A DNA stretch of 45,325 nucleotides from Actinomycetota bacterium (lineage in GTDB: Bacteria; Actinomycetota; UBA4738; HRBIN12), in assembly GCA_040754475.1 (NCBI GenBank), contig JBFMCN010000033.1, positions 1-45,325 of the forward strand, in the 5' to 3' direction. Numbering within the stretch: position 1 is the stretch's first letter; every line of letters starts with the position of its first letter. Below are positions 9,469 to 18,765 of this stretch, piece by piece. A model generated the notes under the pieces. That model saw nothing but the letters and a program-made list of their open reading frames with translations, did not search any database and was not told the DNA's origin. The position numbers and the translations under genes are program-made.

Positions 9469-10425
9469 CTATGTGCGCCCTGCGGCGTTGGCCGCAGCCG
9501 CATAGAGCCGGCCGAAGACCTTGGGCCACGCGCTCAAGTAGTCGGCATGTGCGTCCAAGGCAAGGTCTCCGAGACGCTCCCACCCGCGATGCTCGAGATG
9601 CACCCCTGTGCCCTCCATGCGCGGGGTGAAGGTGACCTCGATCTCGGTGGGCGGGTACGATCTCGCATGCGGCTTCCAGGCGATCACGATGCGCCTGGGC
9701 GGCTCCCACTCGACAACCTCGCCCCAGGTGAGCTGCTCGCCGTTCGACAGGTGCTCGACGATGTGGCCCCCGACGCGACCCTCGACCTCGACACGTTCGG
9801 CCTCGACGCCCTCGAGCGCCTCGCTGGCGGCTCTCGAGTGCGTTTCGAGCGGCCACCACGTGGTCATCCCGTCGGTGAAGACGCGGAACGCGTCCTCCAC
9901 AGAGCAGCGCACGACCACGCCCCTCCGTATGGGCTCGAGCGCCCGGCCCTTGCGGTATGAGGCCGAGATGGCTTCCAGTACGTTCGGCACGGTGTCGCCG
10001 GGCGTGACTTCGTACCAGGCCCGCTCGATCCTGCCCTCTCCGTCCACGAGGAACGAGGAGCGCACGATCCCGATGGTCCTCTCGCCTGTGGAGCGCACGC
10101 GCTCACCCCAAACCGACCAGGCCTCCGCTACTGCGTGGTCGGGGTCGGACAGGAGCGGGAAGCCGAGTGAGTACTTCCTGTCGAAGGCGGCCTGCGCTTC
10201 GGGCTCGTCCGGGCTGATTCCGACGACGTCGATGTCGAGGGCCGACAGGTCCTCCTTCGCGTCCCGAACTGCGCACGCCTGCGCCGCGCAACCGGTCGTG
10301 TCGGCCTGCGGATAGAAGTACACGAGCACCTTGCGTCCCCAGAAATCCGACAGCCCGACCATCACGTCCGTCTGGTCGCGCAGCTCGAAGGGCGGAGCCG
10401 CATCGCCCGGCACGAGTCTCGCCAT
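9469..10425 (-). CDS. bcp: Peroxiredoxin Bcp/PrxQ fused to an SRPBCC (AHSA1-like) domain
   Basis: YFYPQADTTGCAAQAC (PxxxTxxC-x4-C), LLSDPDH and RSSFLVD, followed in frame by AFRVFT.GM..WWP, WEPPRRIVIAW and TEIEVTF...LEHRGWE. Confidence 0.85.
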   Translation of the reverse strand: MARLVPGDAAPPFELRDQTDVMVGLSDFWGRKVLVYFYPQADTTGCAAQACAVRDAKEDLSALDIDVVGISPDEPEAQAAFDRKYSLGFPLLSDPDHAVAEAWSVWGERVRSTGERTIGIVRSSFLVDGEGRIERAWYEVTPGDTVPNVLEAISASYRKGRALEPIRRGVVVRCSVEDAFRVFTDGMTTWWPLETHSRAASEALEGVEAERVEVEGRVGGHIVEHLSNGEQLTWGEVVEWEPPRRIVIAWKPHARSYPPTEIEVTFTPRMEGTGVHLEHRGWERLGDLALDAHADYLSAWPKVFGRLYAAAANAAGRT

Positions 10426-10532
10426 GGCTCCAGCGTACAGGGGGCGGCCCCCTTCGTGCCTGAGGCAGAGGTCGGAGGTCCGTCGGCAGCGCGATTCAGG
10501 TCGGCGGCCTCGAAGCCGATGCTTCAGAAGAC

Positions 10533-11198
10533 ATGGCCGCCCAGGTACGAGTCCTCGTCGTCGACGACCAGACAACCTCCTCGCAGGAGCTGGCATTGCT
10601 GCTCGACCGGCAGCCCGGCATCGAGCTTGTCGCCCATCTCGACAGTGGAGAAGACGCGGTCCGGGTGTGTCGCGATCGGGGATCCGACGTGGTGCTGATG
10701 GACCTCGACACGCCGGGAATCGATGGGATCGAAACAACCCGGCAGATCCGCGAGGTGTGTCCTGAGACGAAGGTCGTCGTGCTCACGGCGTCGATCAGAC
10801 CCGCGGCCATCGCTTCGGTCCTCGCGGCCGGCGCCTGCGGCTACGTGCCGAAGGCGCATGCTGCGGACGAGGTCATCGACGTCGTCCATCGGGCGGCCTC
10901 CGGTGAGATCGTCATGCCGACGAGCGATCTCCCTCTTGTGCTCGAGCACCTGCACGGCGGTGCGGGCCCCGCGGGCGAGCTCGGGCTCCAGCGGCTGACA
11001 TCCCGCGAGTCAGACGTCCTGCGAGCGATGGCCGCCGGGCAGACGGCGGACGTGATCGCCAAGCATCTGGGCATCAGCCCGCTGACCGTGCAGAGCCACG
11101 TCAAGAGCATCCTCGCCAAGCTCGGTGTCCACTCGAAGATCGAGGCCGTCACACTCGCCTGGCGGCACGGTCTGACGGCAGCCTCCCGCACGGCATAG
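10533..11198 (+). CDS. NarL/LuxR-family response regulator
   Basis: VLVVDD, DVVLMD and GYVPK receiver motifs; LTSRESDVL...ISPLTVQSHVKSILAKL helix-turn-helix. Confidence 0.93.
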   Translation: MAAQVRVLVVDDQTTSSQELALLLDRQPGIELVAHLDSGEDAVRVCRDRGSDVVLMDLDTPGIDGIETTRQIREVCPETKVVVLTASIRPAAIASVLAAGACGYVPKAHAADEVIDVVHRAASGEIVMPTSDLPLVLEHLHGGAGPAGELGLQRLTSRESDVLRAMAAGQTADVIAKHLGISPLTVQSHVKSILAKLGVHSKIEAVTLAWRHGLTAASRTA

Positions 11199-11231
11199 AA
11201 CGCGGGATGCTGCTGCTAGGCTTGCCTGGCC

Positions 11232-12053
11232 ATGAAGGTCGCCTACCAGGGTGAGCCCGGTGCGTTCAGCGAGACCGCGCTCTTGGCCGTCTTTCCGGAC
11301 GCCGAGCCCATGGCGTGCGACACCGTACGCATCGTGTTCTCGCGGGTGACGAGCGGCGTCGCGAGCTTCGGCGTCGTGCCCGTCGAGAACTCTCAGGCGG
11401 GGTCGGTGAACGAAACCTACGACCTGTTGCTGAACAGCGACCTCGTGAAGATCCTCGGCGAGGTGGTGGTACGCGTCGACCACGCGCTCCTCGCGCCGCC
11501 GGGCGCGCGGCTGGAGGGGATCCGGCGCGCATACTCGCACTGGCAGGCGCTTGCCCAGAGCGAGGACTTCCTGGCGATCCACCACATCGAGGCGATCCCG
11601 GTTCACGACACGGCCGGTGCCGCGCGGATGGTCGCCGAGGGGGAACACGCGGACGAGGCCGCCGTAGCCAGCGTCGAGACCGCCGCGAAGTTCGGGCTCG
11701 CCGTGCTCGCGGAGCGGATCCAGACGCACCCCGACAACTTCACCAAGTTCGCCGTTGTCGGGACGAAGGACGCGGGGCTCGGCCCGCCGAACAAGACGTC
11801 GGTCGTCATGGCCGTTCACGACCGTCCCGGCTCGCTGCTCGCCTCGCTCAAGCCCTTCGCCGACCGCGGCATAAACATGACCAAGCTCGAATCGCGGCCG
11901 CGGCGCGGCGCCCCGTTCGAGTACGTCTTCTACCTCGACATCGAGAGGGCGGCGGACGACGCGGAGCTCCTCGCCGCGCTGGAAGAGGCGCGGCTGCACA
12001 CGTCGATGCTCAGGGTCCTCGGGAGCTACCCGGGGTCGAAGGGCCCCGTCTAG
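11232..12053 (+). CDS. pheA: Prephenate dehydratase
   Basis: VAYQGEPGAFSE, VPVENSQAGSV, NFTKF, and ACT-domain motifs INMTKLESRP and VLGSYP. Confidence 0.95.
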   Translation: MKVAYQGEPGAFSETALLAVFPDAEPMACDTVRIVFSRVTSGVASFGVVPVENSQAGSVNETYDLLLNSDLVKILGEVVVRVDHALLAPPGARLEGIRRAYSHWQALAQSEDFLAIHHIEAIPVHDTAGAARMVAEGEHADEAAVASVETAAKFGLAVLAERIQTHPDNFTKFAVVGTKDAGLGPPNKTSVVMAVHDRPGSLLASLKPFADRGINMTKLESRPRRGAPFEYVFYLDIERAADDAELLAALEEARLHTSMLRVLGSYPGSKGPV

Positions 12054-12088
12054 GCTCCGGGGGCGGGGTCTGGGGTAGGGTCCGTTCG

Positions 12089-13678
12089 ATGAGCCGACGC
12101 CAGGCCCGCCATGCGGCTCGCGCCCCCGTTCCCTTCGGGTTGCTGGTCGTCGCGCTGACCCTGGCCGTCGGTGTGGTGATCGCATGGCGCGTCGGTGCGT
12201 TTGAGAGCCTCGGCTCGGGGTCGGACGGCGCCTCGCCTTCAGGGCCGTCCGTCTCACCGAGCGCCTCCGGTTCGCCCTCGGAGTCACCGTCGCCGTCGCC
12301 CTCGGTGGTCGTGACGCCCGGACCGATCAACGCGTCGTTCCCGGGACTCACCACGTTCCGCGGCAACGCGTCGCGCAGCTACTACGGGGAAGGGCCCGTG
12401 CCGAAGCACCCGAAGGTCGTGTGGCGATACCCCACGAGCGGCGGCCTTTGCATGCAGTCGTCGGACCAAAGGGGCCCACGCACTTGGTGCGGCACCGGTT
12501 GGACCGGCCAGCCGAACGTGATCCAGCACCCCGACGGAACGATAGAGGTCCGTGTCGGGGCGTACGACGGCCACTATCACTTCTTGAACGGCGTTACGGG
12601 GCAACCGATCCGGCCGGACCTCGTCACGGGCGACCTGGCGAAGGGCTCGGCAACGTCGGATCCCGACGGCTACCCGCTGTACTACGCCGGATCGCGCGAC
12701 AACCTCTTCCGCGTGGTCGCGCTCGATCGTGGAGAGCCGGCCGTCCTGTGGACGATGAACGCGAACACGACCGTGCCGAACCCGGTCTGGAACAACGACT
12801 GGGACGGCGCCGCGCTGGTGATCGACGACTACCTCCTCGAGGGCGGCGAGAACTCGTGGTTCTACGTCGTGAAGCTGAACCGCGGCCACAGGGCCGACGG
12901 CAAGGTCACCGTCGACCCGGAGATCGTCGCGACGATCCCCGGGTGGGACCAGCAGCTCCTCGACGATCTCGGCGACTCGTCAGTGTCCATCGAGAACTCC
13001 GTCGCCTTTCGCGACGGCGTCGTCTACTTCGCGAACTCCGGCGGCCTCGTGCAGGGCTGGGACATCTCGGACCTGCTCGCGGGCGGGGAGCGCTACGAGC
13101 GCGTCTTCCGCTTCTGGAACGGCGACGAGACCGACGCCTCGATCGTGATCGACGACGAGGGGTACTTGTACGTGGGGCGCCATCGCACGATGAACGTGCC
13201 CTCCCGGCCGTCGGCACGCGAGCACGAGGTCGGCGACCTGATGAAGCTCGACCCGAGCAACCCGGAGCATCCGCTGGTGTGGTCGGTGCAGCTCGGGGGG
13301 TTCGAGCCCGACGGGGGGCTGCTCGGCACGCCGGCGTTGTACGACGGCGTCGTCTACGCGACGTACACGGAGGGCGGCGTGGCGGCGGTCGTCGCGAAGT
13401 CGGGAAGGGTCCTGTGGAGGCAATCGCTCCCCGGACCCACCTGGTCCTCGCCGGTTACGATCGACGGCAAGCTCATCATCGGCGACGGGGCCGGCTACCT
13501 CAACTGCCTCGACATCTCGAAGCCGAGGTGGGGACCCAAGCCCGTCTGGCGACTCCGAGTAGGCGGGACGATCGAGTCGACGCCTGCCGTGTGGCGCGGC
13601 TGGATCTTCGTCGGTACCCGCAGCGGCGCCATCTTCGGGATAGCCGATCCGAGCACCGTGAAACGGGCGAGCCGCTAG
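12089..13678 (+). CDS. Membrane-anchored PQQ-like beta-propeller protein
   Basis: N-terminal TM helix, Ser/Pro-rich linker, TFRGN motif, repeats such as GTPALYDGVVY, WSSPV and IESTPAVW; ATG 7 nt after TAGGGT. Confidence 0.8.
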   Translation: MSRRQARHAARAPVPFGLLVVALTLAVGVVIAWRVGAFESLGSGSDGASPSGPSVSPSASGSPSESPSPSPSVVVTPGPINASFPGLTTFRGNASRSYYGEGPVPKHPKVVWRYPTSGGLCMQSSDQRGPRTWCGTGWTGQPNVIQHPDGTIEVRVGAYDGHYHFLNGVTGQPIRPDLVTGDLAKGSATSDPDGYPLYYAGSRDNLFRVVALDRGEPAVLWTMNANTTVPNPVWNNDWDGAALVIDDYLLEGGENSWFYVVKLNRGHRADGKVTVDPEIVATIPGWDQQLLDDLGDSSVSIENSVAFRDGVVYFANSGGLVQGWDISDLLAGGERYERVFRFWNGDETDASIVIDDEGYLYVGRHRTMNVPSRPSAREHEVGDLMKLDPSNPEHPLVWSVQLGGFEPDGGLLGTPALYDGVVYATYTEGGVAAVVAKSGRVLWRQSLPGPTWSSPVTIDGKLIIGDGAGYLNCLDISKPRWGPKPVWRLRVGGTIESTPAVWRGWIFVGTRSGAIFGIADPSTVKRASR

Positions 13679-13773
13679 GGCTCGACGGGCCGGCTAGGAG
13701 ACCTCGACCGTCACCCGGAACGGCCGGAGCGGGAAGTCGTTGTCCGCGCCTCCCGCGGAGCTCGCGGCCTGCA

Positions 13774-14682
13774 TCACAGCCCCAGCATGGATCGGATCTG
13801 GTCGGTCCGCCAGACGACGAGGGCCACTCCGAGCGCTATGAGCGCGCCGAAGCCCACGACCCGAATGACCGCCCGCTGCCGGGCCGGTCCGAAGCCCTCG
13901 GCGACGTACCCGGCGGCGATACCGGCCACGAGGCCGCCGAGGTGCGCGCGCCAGTCGATTCGCGGGATGGCGAAGGCGAGGGCCGCGTTCACCACTATCA
14001 GCATGACGGCGGTTCGCAGGTTCGCCGCCGCCATCGCGAGGTGCCGGCGCCTGTAGTTGTAGGCGACGAAGGCGCCGAAGACGCCGAAGATGGCGCCCGA
14101 GGCGCCGACGCCGAGATCCCACAGCGGGCCGAAGGCGTACGAGATGACGCTGGCCAGGAGCCCGGAGACGAAGAAGATCAGCAGGAACCGCGCAGACCCG
14201 AAGATCTGCTCGACGACGTTTCCGAAGAGCCAGAGCGCGTACGCGTTGAACGCGATGTGCACGAGGCCGGCGTGCAGGAACATGGCCGAGAGCAGGCGCC
14301 AGTACTGGCCGTCCGCGACGGCCGGCGGGAACAGGGCGCCGAGGTCGTACAGGTTCTGGTTCAGATGCAGGGTGTTCCTGCCGAGAAGCGCCTCCGATCC
14401 GCCAACGGCGACCTCGAGCACGAAGACGGCGAACAGCCCCGCCAGCAGGATCCTCGTGGCCGACGCCGCACCGCGCCGCAGCTTCAGACCGGGTCCCTCG
14501 CGGAACTCGCGGCGGGCACGCCCCACGCATTCCGGGCACTGATGCCCGACCGGTGCCTGGATCATGCAGTCGGGGCAGATGGGACGCCCGCAGCGCGTGC
14601 AGTGGACGCCGGTCTGGATGTTTGGATGCCGGTAGCAAAACTCGACGGCCGGCGCGGGCAGCCCGGCCTGTTCGTCGCGCAT
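13774..14682 (-). CDS. Rhomboid intramembrane serine protease with N-terminal B-box-like zinc finger
   Basis: CYRHP...CTRCGRPICPDC...CPEC; WRLLSAMFLH, GASG and AHLGG catalytic motifs. Confidence 0.93.
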   Translation of the reverse strand: MRDEQAGLPAPAVEFCYRHPNIQTGVHCTRCGRPICPDCMIQAPVGHQCPECVGRARREFREGPGLKLRRGAASATRILLAGLFAVFVLEVAVGGSEALLGRNTLHLNQNLYDLGALFPPAVADGQYWRLLSAMFLHAGLVHIAFNAYALWLFGNVVEQIFGSARFLLIFFVSGLLASVISYAFGPLWDLGVGASGAIFGVFGAFVAYNYRRRHLAMAAANLRTAVMLIVVNAALAFAIPRIDWRAHLGGLVAGIAAGYVAEGFGPARQRAVIRVVGFGALIALGVALVVWRTDQIRSMLGL

Positions 14683-14948
14683 GCACCCATGGTAAGGGCT
14701 GGCGGTCGGGTCGGGCTTGCGCTGATCGTTCCGTGCATCGGGAGACCGTGTCCGCCTCGACCGGCGAGGAAGGCCTAGTTCGATAGCTGTCGCCCCGTGC
14801 GCCCGGCCTCAGCCCTTCGTCTGATGGTCCGTTTTGCCGGGTGAGGGTAGACTGCCTGGAGAGGTGACGGCGCTGTAATACTCATCGCCTACAGTTCCGG
14901 TGCGCCTCTGGGCAACGAGAGCAGAGAGCTCCGGGGCGGAGGCTTCGG

Positions 14949-16403
14949 GTGGCAACACACCAGACCGTGGCAGTCACTCGCCGTAGGCAGCAGCGGCTGG
15001 CTGCTGCGCGGACGGCCCAGCCCGCTCGCATCCAGTATCGGCGGCTCTACCTGATGATGGCGCTCACGGACGGCCTGACGATCGCCCTCGCGTTCGCCCT
15101 CGCGTCCACGATCCGATTCGGCCTGCGAGCGCCGGGTCGCGACATCGTCATGATGCTCGTCATCGCCCCGTTCGCAACGGTCGGCCTGTTTGCCGGATTC
15201 CGCCTCTACGATGCCCACCGATTCACGACGGCTGAGGAGTTCCGGCGCGTGATCCTGGCGGTGAGCATGAGCGTGGTGGGTCTCGCCACGTTCGCGTTCC
15301 TGTCCAAGTCCTCGACGTCGCGCCTTTGGGTATTGCTGTCCTGGGCGCTCGCGCTCGTGCTCACGCTCGTCTCCCGGCGTCTGTGGCACACGCACGTTCG
15401 CAGGGCACGATCGACCGGCCGCTTCACCTTCCGCACCCTGATCGTCGGGAGCAACGAGGAGGCCGTTCGGCTGGCCCAGATCATGGAGCGCGAGAACCTC
15501 GGCTTCGCCCCCCTCGGCTTCCTGCGAACCGCGCAGGGGTCCTGGAATGGCTACGGTCCTGCAGCCATAGGGCACGTTCGCGACCTCCGTGAACTCATCA
15601 GGCAGGAGGTCGCCGACTGCGTGTTCGTCGCCTCGAGCGCGATCTCTGCCGACGAGATGAAGCACGTGGCGAAGGCGGTGCGGCTGGAGGGGGTGGAGGT
15701 CCGCGTGACCGCCACGCTCCCCGAGGTGCTCGCCTCGAGGCTCTCCGTCCAGCCCGTCGGGGGGCAGATGTCCCTGTCGCTCCGTCCCGTGCGCCTATCC
15801 GGCCCGCAGGCTGTGGCGAAGCGGGTGTTCGACATCTCAGTGGCGGGCTTCGGGCTGCTCCTGACGGCGCCGTTGTGGCTGCTGGTGGCCGTGGCGATCA
15901 AGCTGGACTCGAAGGGCCCGGTCCTCTACCGGCAATGGCGGGTGGGGCAGCGAGGCCGCCCGTTCGTGATCCTGAAGTTCCGGACCATGGAGGACGGCGC
16001 TGACGCGAAGGTGGAGGAGCTCAAGCACCTGAACGAGTCCGACGGACCGCTGTTCAAGGTTCGCGACGACCCCAGGGTCACCCGTGTCGGCAGGGTCCTG
16101 CGGAAGTGGAGCGTCGACGAGTGGCCCCAGCTCTGGAACGTCGTTCGCGGGCACATGAGCATCGTCGGCCCTCGGCCGCCGTTGCCGGAGGAGGTCCGAG
16201 AGTACGAGGATTGGCAGTTCGACCGGCTCGAGGTGCGGCCCGGGATCACCGGGCTGTGGCAGGTCAGCGGCCGAAGTGACGTGTCCTTCGACGAGTACGT
16301 TCGCAGGGACCTCTTCTACATCGAGAACTGGTCGCTCGCGTACGACCTGTTCATCGTCGCCAAGACCATCCCGATCGTCCTGTCTCATCGCGGCGCCTAC
16401 TGA
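14949..16403 (+). CDS. Polyprenyl glycosylphosphotransferase (priming sugar transferase, WcaJ/CpsE-like)
   Basis: KRVFD, LKFRTM, DDPRVTRVGRVLRKWSVDEWPQ, MSIVGPRP, RPGITGLWQVSGRS and DLFYIENWS motifs; N-terminal TM helices. Confidence 0.93.
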   Translation: MATHQTVAVTRRRQQRLAAARTAQPARIQYRRLYLMMALTDGLTIALAFALASTIRFGLRAPGRDIVMMLVIAPFATVGLFAGFRLYDAHRFTTAEEFRRVILAVSMSVVGLATFAFLSKSSTSRLWVLLSWALALVLTLVSRRLWHTHVRRARSTGRFTFRTLIVGSNEEAVRLAQIMERENLGFAPLGFLRTAQGSWNGYGPAAIGHVRDLRELIRQEVADCVFVASSAISADEMKHVAKAVRLEGVEVRVTATLPEVLASRLSVQPVGGQMSLSLRPVRLSGPQAVAKRVFDISVAGFGLLLTAPLWLLVAVAIKLDSKGPVLYRQWRVGQRGRPFVILKFRTMEDGADAKVEELKHLNESDGPLFKVRDDPRVTRVGRVLRKWSVDEWPQLWNVVRGHMSIVGPRPPLPEEVREYEDWQFDRLEVRPGITGLWQVSGRSDVSFDEYVRRDLFYIENWSLAYDLFIVAKTIPIVLSHRGAY

Positions 16404-16510
16404 GGCTCGGGGCCTGCTTCCTGGAACCGCCGCCAACGGGGAATACAATCGCCTCCCGTGACCCCCCACGTTCCGCCTTGGGAGCGCGTGGTCAAGGTGG
16501 AGGGCGTCGG

Positions 16511-16711
16511 ATGCCGATACCTCTCGGGATGGGACTGGACCGGACCTTGGATCAGATCGCCGCCGCATTCGCCCTGGCGGTGGAGGACGGGCGCTTCGAG
16601 GAGGCCGAGGGCTGGTTCGCAGTGGCCCGACTCGCCTCCTGTCGAGACCCAGACGTTCCGGATCGCTCGCCTGCTGCCTGGCTGGGTGAAGAGCCCATGC
16701 GCCCAGCCTAG
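16511..16711 (+). CDS. Small hypothetical protein (66 aa)
   Basis: GGAGG at 16499-16503 before ATG; TACAAT at 16444-16449; plausible helical core LDRTLDQIAAAFALAVEDGRFEEAEGWFAVARL. Confidence 0.45.
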   Translation: MPIPLGMGLDRTLDQIAAAFALAVEDGRFEEAEGWFAVARLASCRDPDVPDRSPAAWLGEEPMRPA

Positions 16712-16826
16712 GTCGAAGGGCGCAATCTTCCTGCTTGAGAGCATCCCCCCACTTGTCTTAGATCGCCCACTTGACCTACACTGGGAATGCTCAAGCGGGG
16801 ATGTGGGCGACAGAAGGAGCCCCTGC

Positions 16827-17075
16827 ATGAAGAAGGCTGCATCGGTGGTGCTGGCCGCATTGGCGTACTGCCTCCTCGTGGCGGTCCCGGCGTTCGCGGG
16901 ATCAGAGGTCCCGCCGCCCAGCGGGCCCCAGGTGGAGGGTGAGGTCGTCCGCGCCGGCGGCACGGCGTTCACGGGCGCGAACATCTCGCTCGGAGTGCTG
17001 CTGGTGGTCGTGCTCCTGCTGGCGGGTGTCGCGCTGCTTGCGATCAGCCGCCGCAGGGCGACCGCGGGCCGCTAG
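16827..17075 (+). CDS. Small secreted protein with LPXTG-like sorting signal (TAFTG)
   Basis: GAAGGAG ribosome-binding site; signal peptide ending VPAFA; TAFTG, then a hydrophobic helix and RRR tail. Confidence 0.8.
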   Translation: MKKAASVVLAALAYCLLVAVPAFAGSEVPPPSGPQVEGEVVRAGGTAFTGANISLGVLLVVVLLLAGVALLAISRRRATAGR

Positions 17076-17098
17076 CGGGCAAGCAAAGAGCGTCGTAG

Positions 17099-17124
17099 CC
17101 CCCGCCCATCCCGGGCGGGGGTTT
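17099..17124 (+). terminator. Intrinsic terminator-like hairpin
   Basis: CCCCCGCCC-N5-GGGCGGGGG followed by TTT, between convergent genes. Confidence 0.65.
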
Positions 17125-17176
17125 CGCGTCCTCGATCGGTCGGTTGTTCCGCGTGGAGCCCGCGCCCTCAGCGGGG

Positions 17177-17638
17177 TCAGGCGCAGCCGGGAGTGGGAAG
17201 CCCTATGACCTCGAGGGCGTCCCTGGTCGCGGAGAGCAGGGCGCCCACGTCGTCGGCGAACCCCTCTGGGGCCTGCAGGGAGGTCAGATCCCTCTTGACT
17301 CGCTCTCTCGCCTGCAAGAGCACTGCTACGACGGATTGATCCCTGATCTCCGCCGCTGCCACGATCACTCGTAGGTCGTCGTTGACTCGCTCGTAGTAGA
17401 CGGCGTTCGCCTGCTCGAGGTCGTTTGCGTACGTGGAGCGCATGACGCAAAGGCCCTGTACCACGGCGTTCGCTGCTTGGCGCGTTACGACACCGAGCGC
17501 CCCCGACGGCCCGCTCGGCGTCGGCGTTTCGGCGTCCTCTCCCGAGGAGGAGCAGGCCACCAGGACGCAGAGCGGGACCAGCGCCGGAATCGCCGCGGCC
17601 AGAAGGCTTCCCGGACCATGCCGACCATCGCGACGCAT
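17177..17638 (-). CDS. Hypothetical lipoprotein
   Basis: Basic N-terminus, hydrophobic stretch and lipobox LVAC; helical remainder; CATAAT 7 nt upstream of the ATG. Confidence 0.7.
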   Translation of the reverse strand: MRRDGRHGPGSLLAAAIPALVPLCVLVACSSSGEDAETPTPSGPSGALGVVTRQAANAVVQGLCVMRSTYANDLEQANAVYYERVNDDLRVIVAAAEIRDQSVVAVLLQARERVKRDLTSLQAPEGFADDVGALLSATRDALEVIGLPTPGCA

Positions 17639-17674
17639 CACGCAGATTATGTCGCTGCCGGAGCCCACAGATGC

Positions 17675-18283
17675 TCAGCCGGTCTGAGAACCTTCGAGTC
17701 GGAGCAGCCACTCCTTGCGCCACTCGCTGCCGCCGTACTTGCCGATCCCCCCGCCCGACGGCACGACGCGGTGGCACGGGACGACGATCGGAACCGGGTT
17801 GTCGTGCAGAGCGTTCCCGGCGGCGCGGGCGGCGCGCGGGCTACCGGCACGCCGGGCGATCTCGCCGTAGGTCGCAACCGAGCCGTAGGGGATGCGAGCC
17901 GTCGCCTGGAGGACCTTGCGGGAGAAACCAAGCGGCGCGAGCGCCCAGTCGATCCTCGTCTCGAGGTGCCGCCTGCGGCCGTCGAAGTACTCCTCGAGTT
18001 GCCGCCGGACCGGGTCGAGCGCTCGCGGATCCTCGAGCACGCGAAGCGAGAGGCTCACGGCGAGCTCCTCCACGACCAGGTCGGGCTGTTCCTCCGGGAA
18101 GGCGACGCGGACGAGCCCCCGGGGCGTTCCGGCCACGAGCAGCCCTCCTATCGGCGAGGCGATCGTCGCCACGGCCACGTCCTCGAGCCGCTCCCTCCGG
18201 GCCCGATCCAGCATTCCGTCCACCGCCCGCCGCGAGGCAAGCTCGACGTCCGCATCGCGGATCCAGGCGAACTCCCTCCTCAC
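17675..18283 (-). CDS. ogt: Methylated-DNA--protein-cysteine S-methyltransferase
   Basis: Active-site PCHRV, IPYGSVATYGEIA, RAARAAGNA, GKYGG..RKEWLLRLE; GTG start overlaps the sigma stop (GTGA). Confidence 0.95.
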   Translation of the reverse strand: MRREFAWIRDADVELASRRAVDGMLDRARRERLEDVAVATIASPIGGLLVAGTPRGLVRVAFPEEQPDLVVEELAVSLSLRVLEDPRALDPVRRQLEEYFDGRRRHLETRIDWALAPLGFSRKVLQATARIPYGSVATYGEIARRAGSPRAARAAGNALHDNPVPIVVPCHRVVPSGGGIGKYGGSEWRKEWLLRLEGSQTG

Positions 18284-18765
18284 CGCCCTCCTCCTTTCCC
18301 CTCGAGCGCAAGGAAACCCCGCAGCTTCCTCCTCCCCTCGTACGCGTTGGCTCGGGCCGCTTCTTCCGTGCACCCGAGGGCCTCAGCGATCTGGGCATAG
18401 GGAAGATCCAGCACGTAGCGATGCAGCACGGCCGCGCGTTGCATCGGCGGAAGCGCGCGCACGGCCCGCCACAGCTCGGGATCGCCGTCCGGCGCCTCGG
18501 GCCCGCCACGTTCGGGCAGGCGTTCCACCGGGATCGGGCGCCTAACTCTGGCCCGGCCGTGATCGAGGACCTTGCGCGTGGCGATCTTGAGAATCCATGC
18601 CCTTAGATTCGAATCGTCCCGGAGTCGCGGGTAGGCGCGCAGCGCGGACAGGAACGTCTCCTGGAAGCAGTCGTCGGCGTCGTCCGGGCCGACGGCGGCA
18701 AGTAGGAACCTGTACACGGGGACCCTGTGCTCCTCCAGGAACCGAGCGAACGGTGGCGCGCCCAT
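18280..18765 (-). CDS. ECF sigma-70 family RNA polymerase sigma factor
   Basis: Region 2 DADDCFQETFLSALRAY...WILKIA; region 4 LPPMQRAAVLHRY...YAQIAEALG; 161 aa. Confidence 0.92.
   Translation of the reverse strand: MGAPPFARFLEEHRVPVYRFLLAAVGPDDADDCFQETFLSALRAYPRLRDDSNLRAWILKIATRKVLDHGRARVRRPIPVERLPERGGPEAPDGDPELWRAVRALPPMQRAAVLHRYVLDLPYAQIAEALGCTEEAARANAYEGRRKLRGFLALEGKGGGR

Noticed and set aside
11315-12088. N-terminal 258 aa of the 787-aa ORF
   Set aside because: Overlaps pheA out of frame; the real start is most likely the ATG at 12089 after a -10-like hexamer.
12421-14778. 785-aa plus-strand ORF
   Set aside because: Arg-rich out-of-frame or antisense shadow of the PQQ-like and rhomboid genes; no motifs; expected in high-GC DNA.
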